From the NCBI RefSeq assembly GCF_009914755.1, contig NC_060939.1: 64,000 nt of DNA; one strand, given 5' to 3'. Shown here piece after piece: positions 1 to 32,559 of this stretch. Position 1 is the stretch's first letter, and every line of letters begins with the position of its first letter. The translations under genes and the position numbers were made by a program. Under the pieces are notes generated by a model that made no database searches, had not been told where the DNA came from, and was given only the letters and a program-made list of their open reading frames with translations. The stretch comes from the human T2T-CHM13v2.0 reference genome, Homo sapiens.

Positions 1-18
1 AGTCAGAGAAACCTACAT

Positions 19-777
<759 letters not shown>

Positions 778-1062
778 ATTAATCATGTTTTTAATCCCAC
801 CTCCTCCTGCATATTCTCTCCATGCCCTGAACTGCCCGATTCTGTCATGCTGCAGGATCCGGTGGAAGCTGAATCAATAATTGAGTGGCTTCTGAAAGAG
901 CACTTTTGATAGGGAACAAAATGAAGTTAGGGTCAGCCAGAAAGAATGAGTAACTCAAATATTAGGACCATAAGAATGTATTGATATATTTGGGTATACA
1001 GTACTACCTGGCTGTAAGGACCTCTTTTAATAACTTAAGGCATAGCAAATTCAAATGAATAA

Positions 1063-1373
<311 letters not shown>

Positions 1374-1499
1374 TAGGAGATATTGGATTCTTATAACTCT
1401 CTGAAGTTCTCACACACTGAAGTGGGTGACTGACAACATTGCAGTGTTGTAGTGAAGAGTCATATCAGAAGGTGTGACAGCTGTCATATTTATGTTTGT

Positions 1500-2350
1500 C
1501 TGTCATCTTTTCTATAATTAGGGGAAATTTCTATATTAGTCCTGCCTCCTGATAGAAATATCAGACTCAAATTTTCATCTCTTCTGTAGCTCGATGCAGT
1601 CGTATAACCTAGGCTCTAACAACCTAGATTCTAACAACCTTGATTCCTCTGTACAAGACAGGATTCAAAAGTGAGAAATGTGAGGAAAGTGGCTCTTCCC
1701 AGAACTTCCAATGAGCATAGCAGCAGAGATGAACAAATCTGGGGGATAACAGTGGTTACAGCAAGGTTGGGCTCCTGGCTTTCAGTGTTTTGTGGTGGCA
1801 AAAGCAGTAGCAGCAGCAGTTTCCATGATCAGACCGTTGCTGTAACGTGTTTCTGGGGTTGCTCCTGGAATATTTACATAAAGCTGTTTCTCTAGCCTTT
1901 CCAATAATTTTGTAAGTCATCCAGTAACTTTTAGTTACTTAGTTTGTTTATTGAGACAAGGTCCCGCTCTTATTTATTTAAAAGGCCCTGTCTCACTCTG
2001 TCGCCCAGCTGGAGTGCAGTGGTGTGATCATGGCTCACTGCAGCCTCGACCTCGCTGGGCTCAGGTGATTCTCCCGCCTCAGCCTCCCAAGTAGCTGGGA
2101 CTACAGGCATGCGCCACCACACCCAGCTAATTTTTGTATTTTTTGTGGAGATGGAGGTTTTATCATGTTGATTAGGCTGGCCTCAAACTCCTGAACTCAA
2201 GCAGTCCACCCACCTCAACCTCCCAAAGCGCTGGGATTACCGTCATAAGCCACCGTTTCTGGTCATGATCTGGTAACTTTTGATAAATCCTTTATCTGAT
2301 TAAATGAGCCAGAATTACATATTTGTGATTAATAGCCCTGACTATTATAG
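1500..2350 (+). mobile_element. Old ERVL-type LTR (LTR33-like) interrupted by a minus-strand AluJ (~1940-2263)
   Basis: 3' end GATAAATCCTTTATCTGATTAAA...CCCTGACTA resembles the LTR33 terminus. Confidence 0.5.
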
Positions 2351-2767
2351 AGTGGTATACTAGGGGTCAATGGAAATGACTATAATCTCAAGAATACAAT
2401 TTTGTCCAGAAAGTATTTATTGGGTACCCACTGTGACTTGGCACTGGACTGAGGGCTATAGCAAAATAGTACGACACTATAAAGGATAGTAACGGAATGA
2501 AGGTACTTAAAATACATTGTAATTCAGTGCTAAAACAGTTGGAAATAGTTATTGTTTCAGAGGATGGAACAATTAACTTGCTATGGGGAAAGGAAATATT
2601 CAGCTTTCACGGAGGTGATGTTTAAGTTCTAAAATATAAGTAGTAATGTATAAACAGATATCACCAACTAAGACAAGCCATGGATTGGAGAAAGATATTT
2701 ATGATGCATATAACTATCAAATAATTTTTTAAAATAAAGAACTTCCACCACTTATAGGCAACCTGAC

Positions 2768-3145
2768 TGATATGGTTTGGCTGTGTCCCCACCCAAATCT
2801 CATCTCAAATTGTAATCCAAATTGTAATCCCCACATGTGAGGGAGGGACCTGGTGGGAGCTGATTGAATCACAGGGGTAGTTTCCCCCATGCTATTCTTG
2901 TGATAGTGAGTGAGTTCTCACGAGAGATGGTTGTTTGATAAGTGTCTGGCACTTCTCCCTTCTTGCTCTCTCTCTCCTGCTTCCTTGTGAAGAAGGTACT
3001 TGCCTCCCCTTTGCCTTCTGCCATGATTATAAGTTTCCTGAGGTGTCCCCAGCCATGTGGAACTGTGAGTCAATTAAACCTCTTTCCTTTATAAATTATC
3101 CAGTCTCAGGTAGTATCTATAGCAGTGTGAAAACAGACTGATACA
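2768..3145 (+). mobile_element. THE1/MST (MaLR) solo LTR
   Basis: TGATATGGTTTGGCTGTGTCCCCACCC...GACTGATACA, TG..CA ends, 5-bp TSD CTGAC (2763-2767, 3146-3150). Confidence 0.93.
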
Positions 3146-3305
3146 CTGACCTAAGACATGGACAGAAAGCAATAGCTGCCATTCATGTAATCCAGAAAAT
3201 AATGAATTCAGTTCAGAGTTTTCTGTAGCAAAAACAAACAAACAAAACCCCACAAAAAAACTCTAAAGATACTTGATATGATAGAAGGCATTAAAATATT
3301 GTGGC

Positions 3306-6100
<2,795 letters not shown>

Positions 6101-6496
6101 TGATCTGCAGTGACTTATATCAACCTAAAGATAGAAGAACTACTAATAACGGTTATAAGATAGAATGCAAATGTTATCAAACTTGATAATGAAATTGTAA
6201 AAACACACATGACAAAACTTAAGGGTTGAGAGTCAAAGAGAAATAATAAGGGCCTTAATATTGCCATCTTATACAATAGAGAGCCAAGAAATACTGTCTA
6301 CAGCTAATGAAATAAGAAAGATAAAACTGTATTATTAAATATTATAAAGGAAGCCTATAAAGGAATCAAAAATAGTGATATTATGATACTAAAAGAAGGA
6401 TGGGGAAAAATGGAGGTGGGAAGTGTTGTGAGCAAAATCATCATCTATCTGTCTGGAAAGCCATTAATTAATTAATTATTAATATTATTATGATGT

Positions 6497-11310
<4,814 letters not shown>

Positions 11311-11311
11311 C

Positions 11312-11425
11312 TGTAATGTTTCACAAATAAGATGAAAAAGACTCACAATCTGCAAACATTTAATCCTACCTTAAGTACAAAGCCTTTACAAATGCAAAAA
11401 AAAAAAAAAAAAATCAAAGATTACA
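11312..11425 (-). terminator. ARPP19 distal polyadenylation site
   Basis: ATTAAA at 11359-11364, three upstream TGTA (CFIm) motifs and a U18 run (11396-11413), downstream U-rich element GTCTTTTTCATCTTATTTGT. Confidence 0.7.
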
Positions 11426-12384
11426 AGTCAGTTTCTTCCTGCATACAGTAATAGCTGAAATGTAAAGAGATCAACTTCAGAAAAAATACACTGAAAAACA
11501 TACCACTTTAATAAGACAAAACTGCAAATTAAATCAATAGAAATTAGGTAGATCCATTTATTTTTTAAATACAAGTATAATTTTGGAAGGGGTATTTGAC
11601 AAATTCAGCATTAACTGCCAACTCTATAGACATGTTTTAACAAAAAGCAAAACAAAACAAAACAAAAAAACAAAACAAGGCATTTACTCTTGGCCCTTTC
11701 AGTACAGGCGAAGTGTTCTATTGCATCACAAGTGCTAGTGATGCAGTAACAGATCCAAGGGCATAATATTAAATATGTTTTTTTCCAACTGCGATTTAGT
11801 TGAAAAATAACATAATACAAACATATATTAATGGCTATCAAGACCAGCAGTGATCTGCAGAATACCTAGAGGCCTACCTAATTAGAAGGTTGAAACTTAG
11901 TAAAACCGTATTAAAGTCAGTGTTTTTATTCTTAGATTAACAATGACAGAGTGAGATATCTTTGATTACAATTTTATAAGGTGTGGTGGGGAATTGAGAG
12001 GAGACAGATATTGGGGAAGACTGGCAGTGTGTGCTGAGTTAGAGTTGGGAATGTGGCTCAAATTAGTCAATATTGATTAGGATATTGTTTTAGAAAATTT
12101 TAAATGTGTCCTAAATTGTGGCATATTGAAAACGATATTAAGGAACAATGACTCATTAGCCCTAAATACAATTTAATGAGTGCCATCAATGGGCTTAAGA
12201 AATAAGCAGGGATGGGGGATAGAGAGGCAAAATGAGGTGAAAGAGAAAATGGAAAGTGGAAAATATGTTTGAACATTGGAGAATGTGAAAAGGCCACCAA
12301 ACTGCTTTAGTTATCACTCAGAAGTGCTCTTCCCATTGGCTACCTGCTTCTGATCACCCAAACACCAATTTTAGAGCAGAGGAG

Positions 12385-13053
<669 letters not shown>

Positions 13054-14835
13054 TATTACATTTCAGCTTCCATAAAACTTTACTAATTTGGATTAAGAAC
13101 ACAAGCCTGATTTAGTAAAAAGTATCCATAAATATTCAGAGGTATAGTTTTGTTTCATCAAGTAAAAAGAGCAACTAATTCCAACTGTTGAAGTAGTAAC
13201 AAGTAAAGGCTTCACCAGGCTTTCCTTGATGAATAGTTAAGACATATTTTTAGGTCATCAGCACAAGATTATTGAATAACTTGTATGCTACAAACATGCC
13301 GCTTCCACTCATCGAAACAAGCCAATAATCCTTACTATTCCAACTTGCTGAGAACCATGTCAGATGCTGCGTTCAAGAATGAAATGTTCCTCAAAACTGT
13401 TCTATCAAATGTAGTAGCTATTGGACATAAAACAAGTAATTTATTTCAGACTTTAGTTTTCATGAAGTATTTATCAACAACTTCAATTTATTCCAACATT
13501 AATTTATGATAGGACAGTTATTAAAATTAACCATTTCTGAGACTGTAACTTTGAAATTGTAAGAAATGGACAATTAAGCTCACTAGTCAAAATCTTGATT
13601 CAAGTGATGATCCAATAGCTTACAAATGTCTTCAATAAACTGAGCTTTGAGGCAGAACAAAAAAAAAACAAAAATCTAAAACCTCTCTATCCCAAGCACC
13701 AATAATGGAGGCTAAGCAATTATACCTACAAATCCTTAACGACAGGTCTCTCCTAATGAAAAATCCTGAGATTTAAGCACTGTGACTTACAGAAGGCAGG
13801 TTGGCTTAATGAGGAAATTTACTTTTAATAAAAAGACAATCAGCAATATTTTATTTTGGGCACTTAGCATTTCACAGATCCTCAATACATTTTGAGGTAG
13901 GTCAAATATTAATTATGTATTTTACAAACAAAACTCAAGCAGTTGTTTTATTACTTGTCCCAAACCACAGGAGCAGTTCTATCGTGGTCAGGAATAACAT
14001 GGTCTCTGATCTTTCAGATTAATCTTTCATGTGTGAATTTAATGGTAATTACTTGCAAATATTCATGAAAAAAACCAAGACTAGATATAGAAATTCTACT
14101 CTGGGTTATTTTAAACTTCTTAAATTGATTCTATAATGAGTATATACTTGCTCTCATTACAAATATATATATATAACTGATCTTTACATTACAAATGACC
14201 ACAGCAGTGACTGTGTTGCTTTTCTGCCTTTTGGGGTGAGTAGATCAGGAAGATAATCAGCAAGCTTTCCTCAGAGCACTAGGCAGCCTTTAACTTAAGG
14301 TGCTATGTTTGAGGCACCATTGACTATGATTTGGGGTCATAGGAGAGCAGGTATACTGATGGAACCAGGATTCAGAAAAGATGCCTGGATCCAAAAACGG
14401 GAGGCTCTCTGCAAGTCAAAGATGAAGAGAAAAATAGTAACATCTCAAGCTACTGATCCTGAGTATCATGCTACAGCATTACAACTACTTGTGAGAGGAG
14501 CTCCTACAAGAGCAGTAAACTTGTCCCAGTAAAGTCTGCTAAGTTCTAACTAGATAAGCCACAAGTAAAACTAAATTGGTATTTTACTAAAGTGACATCT
14601 ACAGAAGCAAACATCTAAACATTTTTAATAGGAGTTTTACCTGTCATGTAAATTACTCTAATTGTCACAAGCCTAATTCAATTAGCTTGTCATAATTCCT
14701 AAAATAATTTACCAAAATTCAGCTCATCTTGACATAGGTTCTTGAGCCAGTATTCCGAACCGTTTCATTATAAAGTTCCTTTTATTTAAACAATTGTAGA
14801 ATATTAGTAATAATAAAGGATCAAGAATAGTTAAC

Positions 14836-14925
14836 TTGAGCCTAGGAGTAAGGTTGCAGTGAGCTGTGATTGCACTACTGCACTAGAGCTCAGGTGACAG
14901 AGCAAGGCCCTATCCTAAAAAAAAA
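14836..14925 (+). mobile_element. Old Alu right-arm fragment in ARPP19 3'UTR
   Basis: CTTGAGCCTAGGAG...GGTTGCAGTGAGC...GACAGAGCAAGGCCCT + A tail. Confidence 0.8.
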
Positions 14926-16233
14926 AGAGAAAGAAGTTAACAACTGAGAAATTAGAAGGAAAACGCCATTATTGTGTTATATAAAAGAGTAAGGATATAG
15001 ACACCTATGCTTCCATATACAACAAACAGCTCAATACCATTTGAGTCAAAGAACAAAGGGGAAAAAAAAGCAGGTGGCAGAGGGCATGGAATGCAGAGTA
15101 TTGAAGCCTTTTATTCTAGGGTCTCCAAAACTGAGTGTGGAAGTAAAAAGTTTCTACATTTAAAAAGTTTATATAAATTACATGAATTGCAACTTTCATA
15201 AAAATCAAAATGAAAGGTTCTGCATAGGACAAAAGATATGCCTAAGCAACATATCGTATTTGCACAAGGCCACTGAATGTCATGGATATTAGTAACAAAT
15301 GAAAAGCTTAAGTCTATGGCAGATTGAACTAAGATTTCAGTTTGGTATTCTATAAGCCCGAGATTGTAAACTACTCTTATTATACAAAAGCTATAATGAT
15401 TTACAGAGTTTTGTGTAGGAACTCTTGTGCTTCTGGTTGGCACATTATCTACTTTTTAAGTATGTGAAATTAATACAGACATTTGTGAGAGGTTGTGCAA
15501 AACTACTGTATTTACAAAAATGGCACAAAAGTGAATTCAACAGTTAATGCACATGCATACTTCATTCACATCTTCAACAACAAAAGGTATTCTAACTCTA
15601 CAGAACTGAATATTAGCTTCAACGGCAGCTGTTAAGCACTAGAGTCACATAAGTTACACCAGAATGGGCAAATATTGCCCAAGTAAAATTCTACTGTTAA
15701 AGCTGAAACAGGTTTAAGGCCATTCAAGTTCAAGCACAGAGATACAAATCTTTCAGAGCCCCATCTAGTTGTGTTTGAAATATGTGACCTTTCTTCTAAC
15801 TTGTGGTCTTAAACTTCTGTTTTACAAAATCCAAAAGGTAAATACAGAAGAAATCAATACAATAGAGATTATATTAAATAAGAGTAACATACAAAGCTAT
15901 AATTAAGATGAAGTAATGAAAGCCAAAACATTAAAATTTTAAAACTTGCTTGTTACTTGTTAGAACCAGTACTACACTAGAAGTTAGGTAATATATACAA
16001 CTATTTTCAAGTAGTTTACTTATGTTGCTCTAACATGTCCTCTTCACCAGTGCACTGTTAAACTAATCAAAAACTCTACACACGTATATTCCACAATAGC
16101 AGCACACACTACTGCTACCTGCAAAGCTGTCAGTCTCAAATGACTAGTGAATGAAAGGAAATAAAAAGTAGATAAGTAACATATTAAGGAGAAATAATGA
16201 GATTTAGCAGATTCATGCAGTTCAGCCTCTTAA

Positions 16234-16404
16234 TCAGCCAGCCAGCTTGCTAGCAACAAGGGACGGCTTCCGTTGAGGAAGGTCTTGCGGAGTGGGAATG
16301 TGGTCACCAGTGACCTCCGTCTTATCCGGAGCTGCAGTAGGAAGTTGCTTGTTCTTCATTTTTGCTTTAGCCATGTTGTAATCCCCAGAATCAAAATATT
16401 TTTG
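16234..16404 (-). CDS. ARPP19: ARPP19 coding exon 3 ([15 protein letters not shown]...[12 protein letters not shown])
   Basis: 171 nt incl. TGA at 16236-16234; acceptor TATAG|CAA; FDSGDY (Ser62, Greatwall/MASTL site) and RKPS (Ser104, PKA site); total 15+41+56=112 aa. Confidence 0.98.
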
Positions 16405-16587
16405 CTATAAGTAAAAACAAAAAAAATTCAGATTAGAGCTTAGCAATTACTGATTTAAGATGTCGATGCAACCCCATACTGTCCGTATAAGGTTGGTCTA
16501 AAAGAATTTAAACAGGAATATTAATTAGATGAAATAGTCTCTGTACTGAGTTCCAGCATAAGTCAACAGCCGAGAAGCCCCCCTTCA

Positions 16588-17475
<888 letters not shown>

Positions 17476-20400
17476 TTAAATCATACTTATTTGAACTAGA
17501 GCAGTTTACCAAAAATTAAGGTAAAAATATAAATATTAGAGTAATGAAAGAAATAAACTCACTAGAAATTATTACTTAAAATGCATATCCCTACTCCACA
17601 CCTCCTCCATTTTTCACAGAGAGACATGAAGTATGACTACTGCTTTTTTTTTAGCTGCCCTTTACCACTAACATGCAAATTGTGATGAGAGCTAAACATC
17701 AACCTTAATACAACTAACCTACTTGACTTCCAGAGCAAAAACATAAATTTGCCTGGGTTCTAACTTACACCTATCATGCTGAGCCCATCTTTACTGAGTG
17801 CCTGCTATATGTGAGGCACTATGTGAGAGCTGGAGTCAGATACAAAGATGGGACAATAGTCAAGTAAATCAACAATTACAATACTGCCTTAAGCACACAC
17901 AGTGCTATATGGTGCTCAAAGAAGGGGGCTCTAATCTCAGTCTTGGGTTGGCAAAGGAAATAATCCAGGTATGAAACAAGGGCTTGGACAAAGGGTGAAG
18001 GGGAAGAAAACATAATATTTATGGAATCTTAAGCTAATATCTTCAGGGATACTTCATGTGATAAAACAAAATAGCTAGGAACTCACAGCTTAGTATAAGA
18101 CTATTGAGTGGCCTGAGGAAAAAGTCTCATTGGCTGCTTTCCTCCACCACTTTTTGATAAGCCAGACCTGGTCTATGGCCCAAAGGCCTAAAGACAGAAA
18201 CTGCTTTAATGTATTACTGTATATGTACCATACGGAACAGTAACAAGGAACCCTGGAACAGGCCCATCTAAAGCTTTCTGCAGCTTCACTTCTGTATGTT
18301 TTAAAATGAGCAGACAGAAAAACCTCAGAATTGTGATGCACTGTAATATATTAAAAAGCTATTTCTGAATTTTGTAGCCTCTAGAGGAGAACAAAGCAGC
18401 CTGCCAAATTTCTTATTTTGTCAGAAGCACATACTGAGAAATTTAACACACATGTAAATTTTAGGCAGATTTTCCCCCTATGTAATAAACGCAGTTTCTA
18501 ATGTAAGTAATTTTATAGTAAGCAAAAGTTCATCACAAGGGGGTCTCAATTAACTGTAGATTAGGCTACTCTGCTTGGGGGAAAGGAATTAAATTTAGTG
18601 TGACTAGAGATAAAACTAAAATCAATGCCTGACAATTAGAATTGCCCTAAAAAGGAAAAGGTTACTGCAAAAGGCAGAGATTCAGCAAAGACAATAAAAC
18701 AACAAAGATGTCAGAGAAAGAAGCTAATGCTTTAAGATAGAGAAGTGAACTAAATTAATGTTTATCAAATTGGGATCCACAGATAACAACGATGATGATA
18801 TGTCTTTAACAATCTCTAAATTTCATGAGTTTGTAATGAAAATATTTAAAAATTAATTATGATCTAGATGACAATCTTATAAAAGCCTCCTCTCACACAA
18901 ATTTATGGGCCATACTTACATCAGCATTTACAACTACACTGACACTAAGTGATCACCTAAAGTGGTAATGTTCAACTTTAAAGCCATGTTTCTTACAACT
19001 GGATTCTCTGTTTTCTAGGGACTTCACAACCCCTACAAATATGAAAAAACAAAACAAAAAGCAAAAAGAAATAAAAAATGTAAAAACAGGCCACACAGCT
19101 TCTTGATATCCCTCCCAGCTCTGATAATCTATGTAGTCATGTGTACACAGTCATATTGTTAAAAGCCTAATAATAACATTAACCTCATAATAACATTAAT
19201 GAGTACAACACAAGAAGAGACCTATTATAATAATCATAATATCTAATCAAACCTTCTCAAATTAAGAAGCTACTTAAAGATGCTAAGGTAATTTGTCAAG
19301 TTTGCTAACTAGTGATAGAGGAAAATTAAAACCCAGAACCTGTGATCCAGAGTTTTAAAAAAAATCAAAACTTCATATAAAATAACTTATTCACTGACAT
19401 TCTGTTATAATACAGAATCATTAAAGAGCTCACTTCTCAAATTCTATCTACTTATTTCTTGATTCAGTGGCATTTTCTTCATTCTCAACTATTTATATCT
19501 ACAACACCAACTCCAAGATACAATGTATATGAAATCTGACTTGAAGATACTTAAAAATAAATAGTTCAAGCTAGAGAAAAATTACAGTGACAATTGGCCC
19601 AATGTTGGAAGAAAGCCTATTAGCCAAGGTTATGCTGGAGATTAGCAAAGAAAATATTTCCTAAACAATAATCAAATCAAAATAATTTAATAGCCAAAGA
19701 TTAAATAATTTATCTCATAACTAAAAACAGTTGTCATTCTACTTCTTCTATTTATCCCCTATATTATGATCTTTATGTTCTAAAATAACCACATAATACT
19801 ATTTTATTGACTTACTTCAATTTATTTAATCATTTCTCTGCTGTTGAATAGTGGTGCTGCTACTAATTATAGTTATAAGCTATAAGGAGGACCTTCCAAC
19901 TTGGAAGACTTTCCTTGTACTGAATTATACTCTTAGATTAATAAATAAGAGATTATTGATTTGAAGAACATTTTTATAAACCTTAATCCATACCCTGTTC
20001 TGAAACGAGTAATAATTTTTAATGTTTAAACACAACAAAGAGCATATTAGTTTCATTCAACTTCAACCTTAGCAATAGGTATTATTTTAAACATTTTTGC
20101 AATTTAGTTATATAAATACTATGATGTAATTTGCATTTCACTGATGTCTATAATATATAAACATTTCTCTGTTTTTTATATTTCCTGTTAAAATCCTTTA
20201 TCCAGGAGCACCTTAAGTGTTTTTCTTGTACACTTAAAAGTTCCCTTTCATATATTTAAAAGTTTCTGTATGTATTTTAGACATTAACTAACATTTTTGT
20301 AATAACTTCCCTACTTGATTATATATTTCATGGTACGGGAGTTTTACATCTTCATAAATTTGGTGTCATTATTCCATCATCCTAGTATTTCAAAGCTGTG

Positions 20401-21400
20401 AATATTATTCTTTCATGTAAGATTAAAAATACCATTCTATTTTTTGCCACTTTAAAACAATCCATATGTACCTAGAGCTAATACACACACAGACGTGTTT
20501 TAAGCAAGGAGCCGATATCAGTATATGAATGTATTTAAGGAGAAACATGATTTAGCATCTCATTCAACAATTCTCTTCCGTAAGTAGTATTTCATCCTTC
20601 CCTGTATAGTAAGTAATTTGAATATGCTTAAGCTGAAGATGGAACTCTCTAATTTTTTACAGCAAAGGAAGGGGTCACAGGACAATACTTAGGGAACAAA
20701 CAGGCCAGCATTATCTCAATCTCATTATTGAGAAATAATGGTATCTACCTCGCAAAACATGGCAAGAATTTGAAAATAATATCTTCAGTAATTTGAACTA
20801 TGAAAATGAAAATGTTTAAATTGTATTAGAGTAAATCTGACTGTGAAACATATTACATAAAGGAGATAGCTGTGCATTTATTAAGTGATCATTTCATCCA
20901 AATAAGTATTTTAAGCTTTTGAATGTTGTGTGGGAATCACCTGCAAAAAATATGGAAGTTTCAAAATATGGGCAGAAGGATAAACACCAGCTTCTGGATA
21001 GTGGCTGCTTTTGGAGAGATAAGGGAAAGGGCTCATATTTACATATAGGGTGGGTTTCAACAGTATCTACAACATTTTCTTTCTTAAGAAAGATAAAACT
21101 GAAACCAACATGGCAAAATATAAACATTAAATCTGGGAAGGGGTATATGGGTTCTGTTATATCTGCACTATTTCTACATGCTTTAAATAGTTTATTATTA
21201 AAAATGCTGAAGAGTTGTAGATTCTCACAATGCTTATTTATAAACTGCAAAATATTGGAAAAACCCATTACAGATACATATACACATATGTACATACCTG
21301 ATAAAGTACAATGCTATACGCACAGATATCCGTTTCACAATCTGTCAGCATACTGAGTTTGTAGGGCTTAAGTATTTGGAAATTACCCATGAGAACTTAC

Positions 21401-21523
21401 CCCTTTCTGCAACCGTTTCCTTAAGAAATCTGAACCTCCAGGCTTTTGTCCCAGATGAGGATATCTTGCTTTTAATTTTGCTTCTTCTGCTTTCTCTGGA
21501 CTAGTCACTTTATCTTCCATTTC
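21401..21523 (-). CDS. ARPP19: ARPP19 coding exon 2 ([11 protein letters not shown]...LRKRLQKG); contains the ARPP-16 start Met (ATG 21520-21518)
   Basis: 123 nt, phase 0/0; acceptor TTTTAG|GAA at 21524; donor GGG|GTAAGT at 21400; endosulfine-family sequence. Confidence 0.98.
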
Positions 21524-22019
21524 CTAAAATAATTTCAAATAAATTACTTCTCTATTACAACTCAGTTATTTAAAATAATTCACCTTTAAAAATCTGGATT
21601 CTGAATTCTAGTTGTTAAATGCCAAGTACCACAGCATCTGACTAAGAAATCAAACCCAGAAGCCTTTAAAACATCTCTATCTTGTTTTTCAAAAGATCCA
21701 TGTGATAGCTCTATTATAGCTGTGATGCATGTGTAACACCCCACACACTGGATAAAAATATCAAGATAGCTCAGCTCTGAAGTCTTGCTTGCCATTACTT
21801 TTCCAGTCATGTATAATACATTTATAGTTAGTCACCTTCTATGGAACTCTTCAGTTCTTTGCCTATATTTAGAGAATCATCCTAATACTGTTAAAATATA
21901 CAGAATTTTTTCTATTTATCTAAAATTATGTATGATTTGAAGTTAGATTCTTTACTAGAAATTAACAGCAGCCTACTTATCAGTACATTTTTCTTGAATA
22001 CAGATGATCCTGATATTTG

Positions 22020-31039
<9,020 letters not shown>

Positions 31040-32559
31040 TAGTCTTAGAGTGGTATACAAGTTAAGAGATAAGAGTTTATACTTATTTTTTATGTTTGTA
31101 CATATTGTTTCCTAATACAAGACAGGAATCTATCTGGTTTTCTTCTCTTACCAAGGGTGCACACACCACTCAAGATAGAGAAAGTGACTTAGCTTTTACT
31201 CCATGCAAGGCCCAGCTATCTACCTTAATTCTTTAGCGGCAACAGGCAACCTACCAGTAAACTATAAAGGTATTTTTAGCTGAATACTTTGGCTTTAAGT
31301 GGAAGGTCAATTGGGTACACAGACAATAACTTAATTTTTTAGGTCATCGAACTGATCTTCCAAATAGAAGAAACAGGTGATTTGGCCCACAGGAACACAG
31401 AAGTGACTGTGCACATTTTCTTCATGGTTAGGGACACCATCCACGCCACAGGCACTTAGCATTTACAGCCAATCCTCAATTTAAGAAGGAACATTATATT
31501 CCTAACACACTTTGGTTGATTTTAATGACAGCAGCTAAAACCAAAGCACCTTAAATGTTTAATGTAGACAATCAATAAGAGAAAACGTTCAAGCTATCCT
31601 TAATATTGTTAAAAGATACATTAGGCTTTTCCAAGTAAAAGTATTTACACTCTAGAAGTCAATACTGCATACTTTGGCAACATACTAACAGAACTTATCA
31701 AAGAAAATTACATAGCACACTACTGTGCACCAGAAGTTAATGCTAAGTTTGATGTAAGTGTTTAAGGCAAACCACCACAGACAGGGACTTGTTATTTTTG
31801 GGGGCTCCTAAATTTCAAGCAATAATGAACACAATACGCATTTTACAATAAGCAGGTGATACTTAATAATACTGTTAAGATTGCAAACTTTAATATTTGT
31901 ATTTTTGCCCCCAAAATCCATTTTTTTGGTAATGTGTAAATATATCTATTTTCACGGGATATTCTCAAATAATGTGGTAACTTGGACTTTTACCTATGCT
32001 ATATGTTTTCTTGTTTTTCAATTACTTTAACATCCTAACAGAAGCACCCAACTTAAGAAAAGTTAACACGGTTTTAAGAACATATGGAATGGGCTTAGAA
32101 CACTAATCCAATTCCCAACTTAATTAGGACATAAGTGCAACATTAAGCAGAAACCCGCACGAAGGTCAAGCAGTAGACCAAAATCGTATTTAACGGCAAC
32201 ACAACCCGATTTGCAAGAAAAATTGTTGATAAACAATTTAGGAGACAAGATACCTCGGCCCTTTCTCACTTCTCGGCCAGTCACACCTGCCTAGGAGGGC
32301 AGGGCGGTGGAAATAATTACAGTGGGAGAGACAAACACCAGCCTAGATAAATACAAAGGCTTGATATTCATAATCTGAACCACAGTGACACTCCCGGCCT
32401 ATTCCCCTACATCAGGAAGACACAAGGGCGTTTACAAAATATTCCTGTTTCCAATAAAACCCTGATTAATTTCGTGAGTAAAATTTTAAAATTCCACCCT
32501 TTCGATTTTTAGTCAAGTACCATATTTGAGTCCCATCGACTGAAACCTTTTTGAGCACA

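Noticed and set aside
20894-21356. Antiparallel 133/145-aa ORFs next to ARPP19 exon 2
   Set aside because: They overlap an old L1 3'-end-like fragment; no recognisable domain and no splice or promoter support
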